NCBI GenBank assembly: GCA_963846075.1
Contig: CAWJUS010000009.1
Location: 85,534 to 149,533 of the forward strand
Length of the DNA stretch: 64,000 nt
Direction: 5' to 3'
DNA from: an uncultured Actinomycetes bacterium
Lineage (GTDB): Bacteria; Actinomycetota; Thermoleophilia; Solirubrobacterales; Solirubrobacteraceae
In this document: positions 1 through 9,032 of the stretch, piece after piece
Position numbering within the stretch: the first letter of the stretch is position 1
Layout: every line of letters begins with the position of its first letter
The notes under the pieces: generated by a model
Told to the model about the DNA's origin: nothing
The model's database searches: none
The model's input: the letters and a program-made list of their open reading frames with translations, nothing else
Translations under genes and position numbers: made by a program

Positions 1-893
1 ATGCCGAGCTCTCCAAGGAAGCGTGCCCCCGGGTCGGTCTCGAGCGCCTCGCGCAGATAGCGCGCGCCCCGGGCCGCGCGCGCCGCCGTCACCTTCCCAT
101 CCGCGAACGTCAGCTCGACGTCCTCCACCTCCACCCCCCTGGGGCTCGAGGGGACGGTGAAGCGGATCGTCCCCTCCGCGGAGTCCTCGAGCGGTCCGGT
201 GAACACCTCGCCACTCGGCATGTTGTGCTTGCCGTCGGAGTTGATCCACGTGCGGCCCGAGACAGCCAGCTTCAAATCGGTCCCGGGGGCCTCGATCCGG
301 ACCTCCCTGGCCCGCTCAAGGCGCCGAACGAGCCGCCCCTGAAGCTGGCTCAGCTCGTGCCAGGCGGCGATCGGATCCGCACGGTCGAGGAACAGCGCCC
401 GCGAGACGAAGTCCGCGTAGTCCTGATCGCCCATCGCCGCCTGCTGGGCCAGCGCGGGGGTGGGCCACAGCGTCCCGCACCAGCGCTTCTGGAGCCGGGC
501 CTCCTGGATCGGAGAGCGTGCCCTCCCCGCCCGGGAGATCAGCGCCGGGTCGACGCTGGCCAGCGCGCGCGTGTTGGCCGGCGCAGTGATCCCGATGACC
601 GCGTCGGCGGCACGGGCCTCGGCGAGCTCCAGGGGCGCGAACGAGTCGAGTTGGGCGTCCGTGGCGTGGCGGTAGAAGTCGGCCGCCAGCTCCGCCGGCG
701 CCAGGCGGACCAGCGGCCACGCCCCGCGCTCGAGCAGCGCCCGCTGCAACGCACGCACCAGCGGCATCGACTGAAGCGTCATCCCCACTAACACCTGGTC
801 ACCCTGGCGGGCGGCGATGCACCAGTCGCATAGCAGCGCGGCCAGGCGGTCCGGGTCCGGCCCGCCCACCGGCTGCCGCTCAGCGCCAGCCAC
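1..893 (-). CDS. Aminopeptidase, peptidase M29 family (AmpS/AmpT-like); 3' end runs off the window
   Basis: Hand translation of the minus strand from GTG at 893 gives INSDGKHNMPSGEVFTGP and ARFLGELGI, typical M29 motifs. Absent from the ORF track because there is no stop in the window. Confidence 0.85.
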   Translation of the reverse strand, partial: MAGAERQPVGGPDPDRLAALLCDWCIAARQGDQVLVGMTLQSMPLVRALQRALLERGAWPLVRLAPAELAADFYRHATDAQLDSFAPLELAEARAADAVIGITAPANTRALASVDPALISRAGRARSPIQEARLQKRWCGTLWPTPALAQQAAMGDQDYADFVSRALFLDRADPIAAWHELSQLQGRLVRRLERAREVRIEAPGTDLKLAVSGRTWINSDGKHNMPSGEVFTGPLEDSAEGTIRFTVPSSPRGVEVEDVELTFADGKVTAARAARGARYLREALETDPGARFLGELG

Positions 894-899
894 CTAGAG

Positions 900-2087
900 C
901 TATGCCCCGGCCGCTCGCTGGAGGTCGGAGACCACTTCGCCGGTGACGGGGTCCGCGTGGCCAGCCCAGGCGGCCGAGGGCTGGAGCGCCGCCAGCTTGC
1001 GGATCGAGGAGCGCGCCTGCTCGGTGTCGATGTTGAACGCCGGGTGGGGCACGCGCGGCCCGCCCTTGATGCCCGTCTGGATGTCGAGCGTATAGACGCA
1101 GTCCGAGATCAGGGCCAGGCGATCGGAATCGCGGAACAGGCCGATCAGACCCGGCGCGTGGCCCGGAAGTTCCACGACGCGAAAGCCGGCGACCTCGTCC
1201 CCCTCCTCGAGCGTCCCGGCGACCGAGACCACGCCACCGTCCCACATCGGCAGCATGCGCCGGAGGAACGCGCGCCCGTGGGGCTGGAGCTTTGACATGT
1301 CCCAGTAGTCCCGAAAGGAGCTTCGCGATTCGGCCGCGACCCGCTCCGCGGGATGGCAGTAGACGGGGGCGTTCAGCCCGGGCGCGGCGCCGCGGTGATC
1401 CGCGTCGGCGTGCCCCAGAACCACGCGCTTGATCCCGCCCAACCGCGCACCGGCCGTCTGCACGGCGCTCGTCATGTCAGAGATGCCGGCGTCGAACACC
1501 GTCACGCCGCCGTCGTCGGCCAGCAGATAGACGTTCATGGTCTTGATCGGAAAGCCGCCACGGACGATCCATACCCCGTCCGCGATCGGCTCGGGCCCCG
1601 AGCCGTGGAACCACGACATGACCCGGCTGCGGATGTTCGCCAGCCGCGTCAGTCGCGCCTCGGTCTGAGATCCGGCGGGCGGGAGAATGCCGAGCTGCCG
1701 GGCGATCGAGCCGCTGTCCACATAGGCGTTGTTGGACTTGATCTTTCCGTCTTCGACGGTGACCACGTCGCAGCCCTCGAGGTCGAGGCTGGCGCCGTTG
1801 GCCACCAGCCCCTGAAACGTCCCGGGGCCGGCGAACGTGGCCCGAGCTCGCCAGCGCACCGCGCAACGGTTGCGGTACGTCGTCGTCTCCAGGATCTCGA
1901 AGCCGAAGTCTGGAAACGCCGCGAACAGCTCCGAGAAGTAGCGGCGGATGTCGTGGGGGGCGATCAGGTCCTGCTGGCCGACGAAGCGGTCGAGACCGCC
2001 CGGCTCCCAGCAGGCGATCGCGGTGTCGAGGTCGTGCGCCCCCAGAGCTTCGAAGTACTGCTTGGCTACCTCGGTGGTGGAGGCCAT
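900..2087 (-). CDS. Fusion of a SnoaL-like/ester cyclase (NTF2-fold) domain and an MBL-fold metallo-hydrolase
   Basis: N-terminal ~140 aa SnoaL-like (YFEALGAHDLD...FAAFPDF...VRWRARATF); C-terminal MBL motifs GHADADH, PGHAPG, ISD, GHAD. Confidence 0.75.
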   Translation of the reverse strand: MASTTEVAKQYFEALGAHDLDTAIACWEPGGLDRFVGQQDLIAPHDIRRYFSELFAAFPDFGFEILETTTYRNRCAVRWRARATFAGPGTFQGLVANGASLDLEGCDVVTVEDGKIKSNNAYVDSGSIARQLGILPPAGSQTEARLTRLANIRSRVMSWFHGSGPEPIADGVWIVRGGFPIKTMNVYLLADDGGVTVFDAGISDMTSAVQTAGARLGGIKRVVLGHADADHRGAAPGLNAPVYCHPAERVAAESRSSFRDYWDMSKLQPHGRAFLRRMLPMWDGGVVSVAGTLEEGDEVAGFRVVELPGHAPGLIGLFRDSDRLALISDCVYTLDIQTGIKGGPRVPHPAFNIDTEQARSSIRKLAALQPSAAWAGHADPVTGEVVSDLQRAAGA

Positions 2088-2134
2088 TGGCGGCGGAGAG
2101 TCTATGTTGTTCTCCTCGCAATATGGTCCGGGCG

Positions 2135-3124
2135 ATGAAGCCTCGGCGCGAGCTCGGACGCGGGGAGCGCGTTCTGCCCGGCCTGTGGCGGCTCCGGCTC
2201 CCGCTTCCGTGGCCCGGCGTGCCGCACGGCAACGCCTGGGCTATCGCCTCCGGCTCGGGCGTCGTGCTGATCGACACCGGGTACTACGAGGCCGGCTCGA
2301 TGGCCCACCTGGAGCGGGCCCTGGAGCAGGTCAACCTGCGCCTGGAGCAGGTCCGGCTGCTGGCCTGCACGCACGCCCACTCCGACCACTGGGGGCAGGC
2401 GGCGCCGATCCGCGAGCGCTCCGGTTGCGAGTTCTGGATGCACCCCAACCACGCGCACGCCACCGATCGCTATGCGCGGCCGGAGGAGGCGCTCGCCAGG
2501 CGGCTGGAGGTGGGGCGGCAGAGCGGTGTCCCCGAGGCGGCGCTTCGCCGCTACGCCGAGCAGGCCAGCGAGGCGCCGTCCGGCATCGCCGAGGTGATCG
2601 AATCCGACCGTCCGCTAGAGCAGGGCACCCGCATCGACACCGATCTCGGGCCCTTCCACGTCTACTACACCCCCGGCCACGCCCCCTCGCACGTCTGCCT
2701 GTTCCAGCCCGAGCGGCGCCTGCTGATCTCGGGCGACCACCTGCTGGGGCGGATCTCGCTGTACTTCGACTACGGCTGGACGCCGGACCCGGTCGGCGAG
2801 TTCCTCTCATCGCTCGACGTGGTCGACGCGCTCGATGCGCGCCTTTGCCTCGCCGGCCACGGGCGGCCGTTCGTCGACGTCCACGGGCACATCGAGGCCA
2901 ACCGCAAGCTGGTTGGTGAGCGCCTGGAGGCGGTGCGCGCAGCGATCGCCACGGCGCCGCGCACGATCGTAGAGATGGTCCCCGAGGTCTACGGTGAGCC
3001 GCTCAGCGAGACGAACGCCGGCTGGCTGCTCTCGCAGACCCTGTGCTACCTGCACCACCTCGAGCTCCAGGGGCAGACTCGTCGCGAGCCCGACGGCGCC
3101 ACGGAGCGCTGGCGGGCCCTGTGA
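2135..3124 (+). CDS. MBL-fold metallo-hydrolase with C-terminal winged-helix-like tail
   Basis: THAHSDH, TPGHAPSH, SGDH, AGHG motifs; ATG at 2135 lies 7 nt after a TATGGT -10 box. Confidence 0.85.
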   Translation: MKPRRELGRGERVLPGLWRLRLPLPWPGVPHGNAWAIASGSGVVLIDTGYYEAGSMAHLERALEQVNLRLEQVRLLACTHAHSDHWGQAAPIRERSGCEFWMHPNHAHATDRYARPEEALARRLEVGRQSGVPEAALRRYAEQASEAPSGIAEVIESDRPLEQGTRIDTDLGPFHVYYTPGHAPSHVCLFQPERRLLISGDHLLGRISLYFDYGWTPDPVGEFLSSLDVVDALDARLCLAGHGRPFVDVHGHIEANRKLVGERLEAVRAAIATAPRTIVEMVPEVYGEPLSETNAGWLLSQTLCYLHHLELQGQTRREPDGATERWRAL

Positions 3125-3134
3125 GCCAGGCTCC

Positions 3135-3175
3135 AAAAAGGCCGGCCTCGCCTGACGGCGGGCCGGCCCTTGTTT
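3135..3175. terminator. Probable bidirectional intrinsic terminator
   Basis: AAAAA-GGCCGGCCTCGCC-TGAC-GGCGGGCCGGCC-CTTGTTT: GC stem with an A-tract before and a T-rich tract after, just past the stop at 3124. Confidence 0.65.
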
Positions 3176-3203
3176 AACACGATCGTGTCAAGGTTGGTAG
3201 AGT
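3174..3203 (+). promoter_or_regulatory. metF promoter region: 18-bp near-perfect palindrome plus TAGAGT -10 box
   Basis: TTAACACGA-TCGTGTCAA (3174-3191, 1 mismatch), then TAGAGT (3198-3203) 9 nt before GTG 3213. Confidence 0.45.
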
Positions 3204-3212
3204 GCCGAGATC

Positions 3213-4118
3213 GTGCGCGTGGACGAGATCATCGCCACGAAGGACCAGCCGACGTTCTCGTTTGAGTTCTTCCCGCCCAAGACGGAGGACGGCGAGCGCA
3301 ACCTGCGGGCCACGCTCGAGGACCTGCGCGCGTTCGACCCCGACTTCGTCTCGGTGACCTATGGCGCCGGTGGCTCCACGCGGGACCGGACGGTCGAGCT
3401 GACCAAGTGGATCAAGGAGGGCCTGGGTATCGAGTCCATGGCCCACCTGAGCTGCGTGGGCACGACCCGGGACGAGCTGATCGGGATCCTCGATGGCGTC
3501 CGCGCCGCGGGCATCGAGAACGTGCTGGCGCTCCGCGGCGACCCGCCGCGCGGCCAGACCGAGTGGACGCCCCACCCGGGCGGCCTTCACTACTCGACTG
3601 AGCTGGCCGCGCTCATCTCCGAGCGCTACCCCTTCAGCATCGGCGCGGCGTGCTTCCCGGAGGTCCACCCCGAAGCCCCAGACCTGGCCCACGACCTGCG
3701 CTTTCTCAAGGAGAAGGTGCACAGCGGGGCCTCGTTTCTGATCACGCAGCTGTTCTTCGACAACGAGCTCTACTTCCGCTTCATCGACGAGGCTCGAGCG
3801 GCGGGCATCGAGGTCCCGATCATCCCCGGGATCATGCCCATCACCGACGTCAAGCAGATCAAGACCATCACCGGCATGTGCGGGGCGACGATCCCCTCCG
3901 GGTTGCTCGAGCAGCTCGAGCTCCGCGCCGAGGACCCCGACGCCGTTCTCCAGCTCGGCGTCTCCTACGCCACGCTGCAGTGCGCGGAGCTGCTGGCCCG
4001 CGGCGCGCCCGGGGTTCACTTCTACACGCTCAACCGCTCCCCGGCCACGCGCGCGATCCTCTCGGCGCTGACGCTTCTGCGGCCCTGGGCCGGGCGGCTG
4101 GCCGCGTCCGTGGCCTAG
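3213..4118 (+). CDS. metF: 5,10-methylenetetrahydrofolate reductase
   Basis: FSFEFFPPKT, VSVTYGAGGST, LALRGDPP, ITQLFFD, HFYTLN motifs. Confidence 0.95.
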   Translation: MRVDEIIATKDQPTFSFEFFPPKTEDGERNLRATLEDLRAFDPDFVSVTYGAGGSTRDRTVELTKWIKEGLGIESMAHLSCVGTTRDELIGILDGVRAAGIENVLALRGDPPRGQTEWTPHPGGLHYSTELAALISERYPFSIGAACFPEVHPEAPDLAHDLRFLKEKVHSGASFLITQLFFDNELYFRFIDEARAAGIEVPIIPGIMPITDVKQIKTITGMCGATIPSGLLEQLELRAEDPDAVLQLGVSYATLQCAELLARGAPGVHFYTLNRSPATRAILSALTLLRPWAGRLAASVA

Positions 4119-4174
4119 GGGCTCGGCGCCCGCCGGGTGACAACTTTCGCGGTTCTGCCGGGTTTAGCGCCGTG

Positions 4175-5634
4175 ATGCGCCGAGTGGCCAACGTGGGGTT
4201 GGTGATCGTCGTGGCTGCGGTGACCGCGGTCGCGCTGGGGACGTCGGCCGCCGCCGGCGCGCAACGCCACGACACGCGCTCCGCGCTGGCCAAGACCGCG
4301 AACGTCGTCTCCGAGCCCTGGCTTCATCCGCCGCTGGTGACGGTGACGGGTCAGGACCCCGACCCCGGCGACGGGGACATATTCGTCGACACCCAGAACT
4401 CGATCCAGGCCGGCCCCACGATCCTCGACCCCAACGGTCAGCTGCTCTGGTTTCAGGCCCAGCAGCCGACCTTCAACCTCGAGCTCCAGAACTACGAGGG
4501 TCAATCGGTCCTCACCTATTGGACGGGGCAGGTCCTGAACGGCGTCGGCTCGGGGGAGGATGTGCTCCTCAATCACAACTACCAGACCGTGGCCACGGTC
4601 CGCGCGGGCAACGGCTACCAGGCGGACCTGCACGAGTTTCAGATCACCTCCCGGAACACGGCGCTGATCGACGCCTTTGCCCCGCTGCATGCCGATCTGC
4701 GCGCGGTGGGTGGATCTGCAAGCGGCACGCTGCTTGACTCGGTCATCCAGGAGATCGACATCGCCACGGGCGAGGTGCTGTGGCAGTGGCGTGCCTCGCA
4801 ACACGTCAGCCCGGCCGCGTCCTACGCGGGCACACCCGGCTCTACCCCTTATGACTTCGTCCATCTGAACTCGATTCAGGGCCTGCCGGGTGGGCGGGTG
4901 CTGATCAGCGCGCGCCACACCTGGGCGGTGTACGAGGTCGACAAGCGGACCGGCAAGATCCTGTGGACCCTGGGAGGCAAGCACTCGAGCTTCAAGATGG
5001 GGCCGGGGACGCAGTTCGAGTGGCAGCACGACGCGCACATGCAGCCGGACGGCACGATCACGATCTTCGACAACGGCTCGGGTTTCGGGCCTCAGCACCA
5101 GTCCCAGTCGCGTGCGCTGCGGATCCGGCTCAACTTCAAGACGATGCGCGCCACGCTGGTGCGGGCGTACGACGAACCAGCCCTCGGTGCTCTCGCCCAA
5201 CGAGGGCAGCGTCCAGCTGTTGCAGGACGGCAACACGTTCGTCGGGCTGGGGCGGGGCTCCGTACTTCAGCGAGTTCGGCAGCCGCGGGCGCCAGCGCTT
5301 CAGCCTCAGCTTCCCGACGCCGATGCAGTCCTACCGCGCCTACAGGTTCCAGTGGTGGGGCCAGCCCCTGACGCCGCCCTACATCGCGGTCACCGCCACC
5401 TCGGGCGGCGACGTCGTCTACGCGAGCTGGAACGGTGCCACAGACGTGGCGGCCTGGCGGGTTCTCGCCGGGCCGAGCGCAGCCGCGCTTCAGCCGGTGG
5501 CTCAGGTACCAAAGACGCAGTTCGAGGCCGCGGTCCCGGTGTCAGCCGCGGGGCCCTACTTCGCCGTGCAGGCGCTCGACCAGAACGGCAACGTGCTCTC
5601 GACGTCGGCGCTCACTTCTCCGGCGGCGCGATGA
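4175..5634 (+). CDS. Secreted arylsulfotransferase (ASST)-family protein; two apparent frameshifts near 5170 and 5250
   Basis: Signal peptide from ATG 4175; DLHEF, YDFVHLNSI, ISARHT, WQHDAH, FDNG motifs; C-terminal SYRAYRF/YASWNGAT continues in other frames. Confidence 0.8.
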
Positions 5635-5899
5635 TCTCCAGTCCCTGCGCCACCGTCGGCATGCCGTCGCGCTCGTAGCGCACGTCGACCTCGTCGTTGC
5701 GCCTGTAGGTGCCGATGCCCCAGAAACCGACGAACCACGCCCACGCGCTCAGCTTCTGCTGCACGAGCTCCCGCGTGAACAAGAGCTCGCCGCTCGAGAC
5801 CTGGTAGTCGTGCCCCAGCTCCTGGCGGACGCCGTTGACGTAGACCTCGAACGGCCCGCGGACCCCTGGCGGCAGCTTGACGCGCCAGTAACGCGTCAC
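5612..5899 (-). CDS. Small hypothetical protein (95 aa)
   Basis: GTG 5899 overlaps the upstream TGA (GTGA); protein-like sequence MTRYWRVKLPPGVRGPFEVYVNG...FWGIGTYRRND. Confidence 0.7.
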   Translation of the reverse strand: MTRYWRVKLPPGVRGPFEVYVNGVRQELGHDYQVSSGELLFTRELVQQKLSAWAWFVGFWGIGTYRRNDEVDVRYERDGMPTVAQGLEIIAPPEK

Positions 5900-6462
5900 G
5901 CGGCCGGTTGGAGGTCGGAGGGGAGCAGCGAGAGCATCGCCATGTCCCGCCGCCCGTCGCGCGCCCGGTGGTAGCCGCGCAGGACGCCTTCGTTGACGAA
6001 ACCGGCGCCGGCGGCCGCCCTGAGCATCGGCCCGTTGTCCGGCTCGGTCAAGGCCTGAACGCGCTGCAGGCCGCATGTCTCAAACAGCCATCCGGCGGCC
6101 AGCCGCAGCGCGGCGGGCCCCAGCCCCCTGCCGCGCAGCTGAGGGGCCACCCACAGCCCCAGCTCGGCGCGCGCGCTCTCCCACTCGACGTTGTGCACGA
6201 GCACGCGCCCGCGGCAGTCGTCCGATCCGCGCTCGAGGATCGTGAGCCTGGCGCGCTGTCCCGCCGCGCGCTCGGCGTGCGACTGCTCCATCTGACGCCC
6301 GAGCTCGGCGCCGCTGGGCGGTTGCAGCAGACCCAGCCGGGCGTACATCTCGGGGTCGTCCTCGTGCGCGATGAGGACCTCCGGAATGTCGCGTTCGGCA
6401 GCGTCGCGCAGCGCCACTCGCCCGTCGGACAGTGGCTGATCGAGCTCCGGGATGGGCGGCAT
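5896..6462 (-). CDS. GNAT N-acetyltransferase, RimJ/RimL-like
   Basis: RAELGLWVAPQLRGRGLG acetyl-CoA motif; EPDNGPM, GFVNEGVLR. Confidence 0.85.
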   Translation of the reverse strand: MPPIPELDQPLSDGRVALRDAAERDIPEVLIAHEDDPEMYARLGLLQPPSGAELGRQMEQSHAERAAGQRARLTILERGSDDCRGRVLVHNVEWESARAELGLWVAPQLRGRGLGPAALRLAAGWLFETCGLQRVQALTEPDNGPMLRAAAGAGFVNEGVLRGYHRARDGRRDMAMLSLLPSDLQPAA

Positions 6463-6496
6463 CCTGGCCTCACCGTACCCTGTCGGCCGCCCGTGA

Positions 6497-7150
6497 ATGA
6501 GATCCAGCTACAGCGTTCGTAGATCACCGCGCGCACGGCGCGTCCGGGTGACGGTCGACCAGGCTCGCGGCGTCGAGGTGGTGCTGCCGCGGCGGGCGGC
6601 CGAGCGCCAGGCGGCGGCCGCGGTGCGCGAACTGCGGCCGTGGATCGAGCGCCGGGTGTCAGAGCTCGAGCGCGCGCGGGCTACCGTCGCCGCGCGCGGA
6701 GACACGGTGCCCTATCTGGGGACCTCGCTGCGACTGGTGGGTGAGCCTGGACGGCGGCGGGCGCACCGCCGCGGCGGGGAGCTGCTGGTTCCCGCCGGAG
6801 CCGGGCGGCGCGAAGCGCTCGAGCGCTGGTATCGGGCGGCCGCGCGGAAGGAGATCTCCCGGCGACTCGAGCGCGCATGCGGCTTGACCGGGACCTCCTA
6901 CTCGAAGCTCACGATCCGCGGCCAGCGCACCCGGTGGGCCAGCTGCTCTCCGAGCGGGGCGATGAGCTTCAACTGGCGGCTGCTGCTGGCACCGGAGGCG
7001 GTGCTCGACTACGTCGTCTGGCACGAGGTCTGCCATCTGAAGGTGATGGATCACTCGCCGCGCTTCTGGGCGCTGGTGGCGCGCTGGTGCCCCGATTACC
7101 GCCAGCAGTCGCGCTGGCTCAGGCGCCACGGGGCGACGCTGACGCTGTAG
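6497..7150 (+). CDS. M48/SprT-like zinc metalloprotein (YgjP/DUF45 family)
   Basis: RTRWASCS, FNWRL, DYVVWHEVCHL and HSPRFW motifs. Confidence 0.9.
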   Translation: MRSSYSVRRSPRARRVRVTVDQARGVEVVLPRRAAERQAAAAVRELRPWIERRVSELERARATVAARGDTVPYLGTSLRLVGEPGRRRAHRRGGELLVPAGAGRREALERWYRAAARKEISRRLERACGLTGTSYSKLTIRGQRTRWASCSPSGAMSFNWRLLLAPEAVLDYVVWHEVCHLKVMDHSPRFWALVARWCPDYRQQSRWLRRHGATLTL

Positions 7151-7232
7151 GCGCTGCGGACCGCGCGTGGCCTGGGCGAGAAACGTCACCATCGGTGACG
7201 TTTCTCGACCACCCTCACGGACACCGCGTGAA

Positions 7233-8002
7233 CTACCTGAGCTTGTAAGGGTTCTCGGCGCGGGAGGCCACGAACTGCCCCAGGTCTGGCGGCCCTCGGC
7301 TCGCTCGGGACACGTATTGCGCCCCTCGCGAAAGGCCCGGCCCAGCTTGCCCGGGATTGGCAGCCGTCACGAACCTCCGGGGACGACCGCGCTCGGTGCG
7401 CCACAGCTCTGCCATCTGCCCTCAGCGTCATCACCTCGGGTCCGCCGAAGTCGATCGTCCCGTTCCGGGGGGCGGCGTGGACCAGCTCGGCGGCGTGCTC
7501 GCCAACCTCGCTGGCGGCGATTGTCTGAAAGCGGAAGTCGAGCGGCAACGCCGCCAGCGGCAGCCGCCGTGACGGCCTGAAGCGGCCAGGCCAACAGTTC
7601 GTGGAACTGCGTCGCCCGGAGGATCGTGTACGGGATCCCGCTGGCCGCGACCACCCGCTCGCACTCCAGCTTGTAGCGGTAGTAGGGATAGGGGATCGAG
7701 TCGATGCCGACGATCGAGACGTAGAGCAGGTGCCGGGCGTCGCGCGCCGCGGCGACGAGTCGCTGCGTTTGCCCTATGTCGACCTTGCCGAAGCGCCGGC
7801 GGAAGTCCGACGCGGCGTGGATGATGAGCTCCGCGCCGCGGGTGGCATCGTCCACCCCGGCGCCGCTCGTAAGGTCGCCGACGTGCGTTCCCGCCCCCGG
7901 CCGGCGGGAGAGCACCCGCGGCTCCTCGCCGCGCTGGCGCAGCGCGCTGACCACGTGTCGCCCGAGGGCGCCGGTGCCGCCGGTGACGAGGATCGCGCTC
8001 AC
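7233..8002 (-). CDS. NAD(P)H-binding SDR/NmrA-like protein; frameshifted (~7560, ~7425)
   Basis: ILVTGGTGALG, YVSIVG, RATQFHE; continues as FQTIAASEV and FGGPEVMT in other frames. Confidence 0.8.
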
Positions 8003-8347
8003 GTCTCGACTGTACGCCGCAGCGCCGCGTAGGAGCTCTCGCCTCCCTGGGGCTCGATCAGCTCGCGCTTCACCCGGCCTCGATAGGCCTCGAGCGAACC
8101 GTCGCCGCGTACGTCCAGGCCGACGTGGACGCTCGGCAGCAGGCGCTGGGGGCCCGAAAGCTCGAGCCGGGCGAACACCTGCTGCACGGGGTCATAGCGC
8201 TTGTAGCGGACGTCGAGCGGCTTCTTGGGCGCGGCCTCGGATAGCTCACGGGCGCGGGCCTCGAGCGCTTCGCAGCCCGTCCGCGGCGCGATCGAAGCGC
8301 AGCTGCTCGACGCGTGAGCCGGCGCGGACTGTCAGCTTCCACGGCAC
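7999..8347 (-). CDS. Hypothetical protein; one apparent frameshift near 8270
   Basis: MPWKLTVRAGSRVEQLRF from GTG 8347 joins LEARARELS...QQVFARLELSGP...AYRGRVKRELI, ending in a GTGA overlap with the next gene. Confidence 0.55.
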
Positions 8348-8395
8348 GGCCCGATCTTTCAGGCCGACGGCCGCAGCGCCCAGGCGCCCGGGCGC

Positions 8396-8905
8396 TCAGG
8401 CCGCGAGCTCGACCTCCACCTCGTCGACGAACCCCAGGTGACGCTCATTCGCCAAGCGGCCCGCGAGGCGCCGCGTCAGCTTGTGGACCGCGATGTTCTC
8501 CGCCAGGACCGTGGCACGGAACCGGCGGATGCCGCGCGCCGTGGCCGCCATCGCCAGCCGTTCGAGCATCTCGGTGCCCAGCCCCTCGCCCTGGTAGGGA
8601 TCGCCGACCACGATCGCGAACTCGGCCGCCTCGGGATCCTCGGCGAAGCGCACGAAGCGGGCCACGGCGATGATCCAATCCGGGGCCGTGGTGGTGGTCG
8701 CCACGAGCGCGAAGTGGTTTCGGCCGTCGACGTCGGTCAGGTAGCGCACGTCAGCGTCGGTCAGCCGCGGCTTGGAGCCCAGAAAGCGCCGGTACTGGCT
8801 CTGTGGCGAGAGCGCGCGGTAGCCCAGCTTGAGCCGCGGCCCGTCGTCGGGCCGGATCTCGCGGATGACTACCCGGCGGCCGCTCTTGAGCTTGATGGTC
8901 TCCAC
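8396..8905 (-). CDS. GNAT acetyltransferase (type resembling the GNAT domain of Pat-like acetyltransferases)
   Basis: LSPQSQYRRF, AEFAIVVGDPYQGEGLG, VLAEN motifs. Confidence 0.85.
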   Translation of the reverse strand: METIKLKSGRRVVIREIRPDDGPRLKLGYRALSPQSQYRRFLGSKPRLTDADVRYLTDVDGRNHFALVATTTTAPDWIIAVARFVRFAEDPEAAEFAIVVGDPYQGEGLGTEMLERLAMAATARGIRRFRATVLAENIAVHKLTRRLAGRLANERHLGFVDEVEVELAA

Positions 8906-8981
8906 GTGGCCGAGCTTACGGTCGGTAAGCGTCGGCCTCCGTGGCGCTGGTCACATTCGGCTGTTTTCGGTCTGCGGGCTT

Positions 8982-9032
8982 GCGAGGTGCGCGCGGGTCT
9001 ACGAACGCGAGCTGCGCGCGGTCTACGAACGC
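8982..9032. repeat. Imperfect 24-25 bp tandem duplication spanning the gltA stop codon
   Basis: gcgaggtgcgcgcgggtctacgaac / gcgagctgcgcgcggtctacgaac. Confidence 0.7.

Noticed and set aside
3125-3212. SAM/SAH riboswitch before metF
   Set aside because: The region is filled by a terminator, a palindrome and a -10 box only 9 nt from the start; no aptamer consensus seen.
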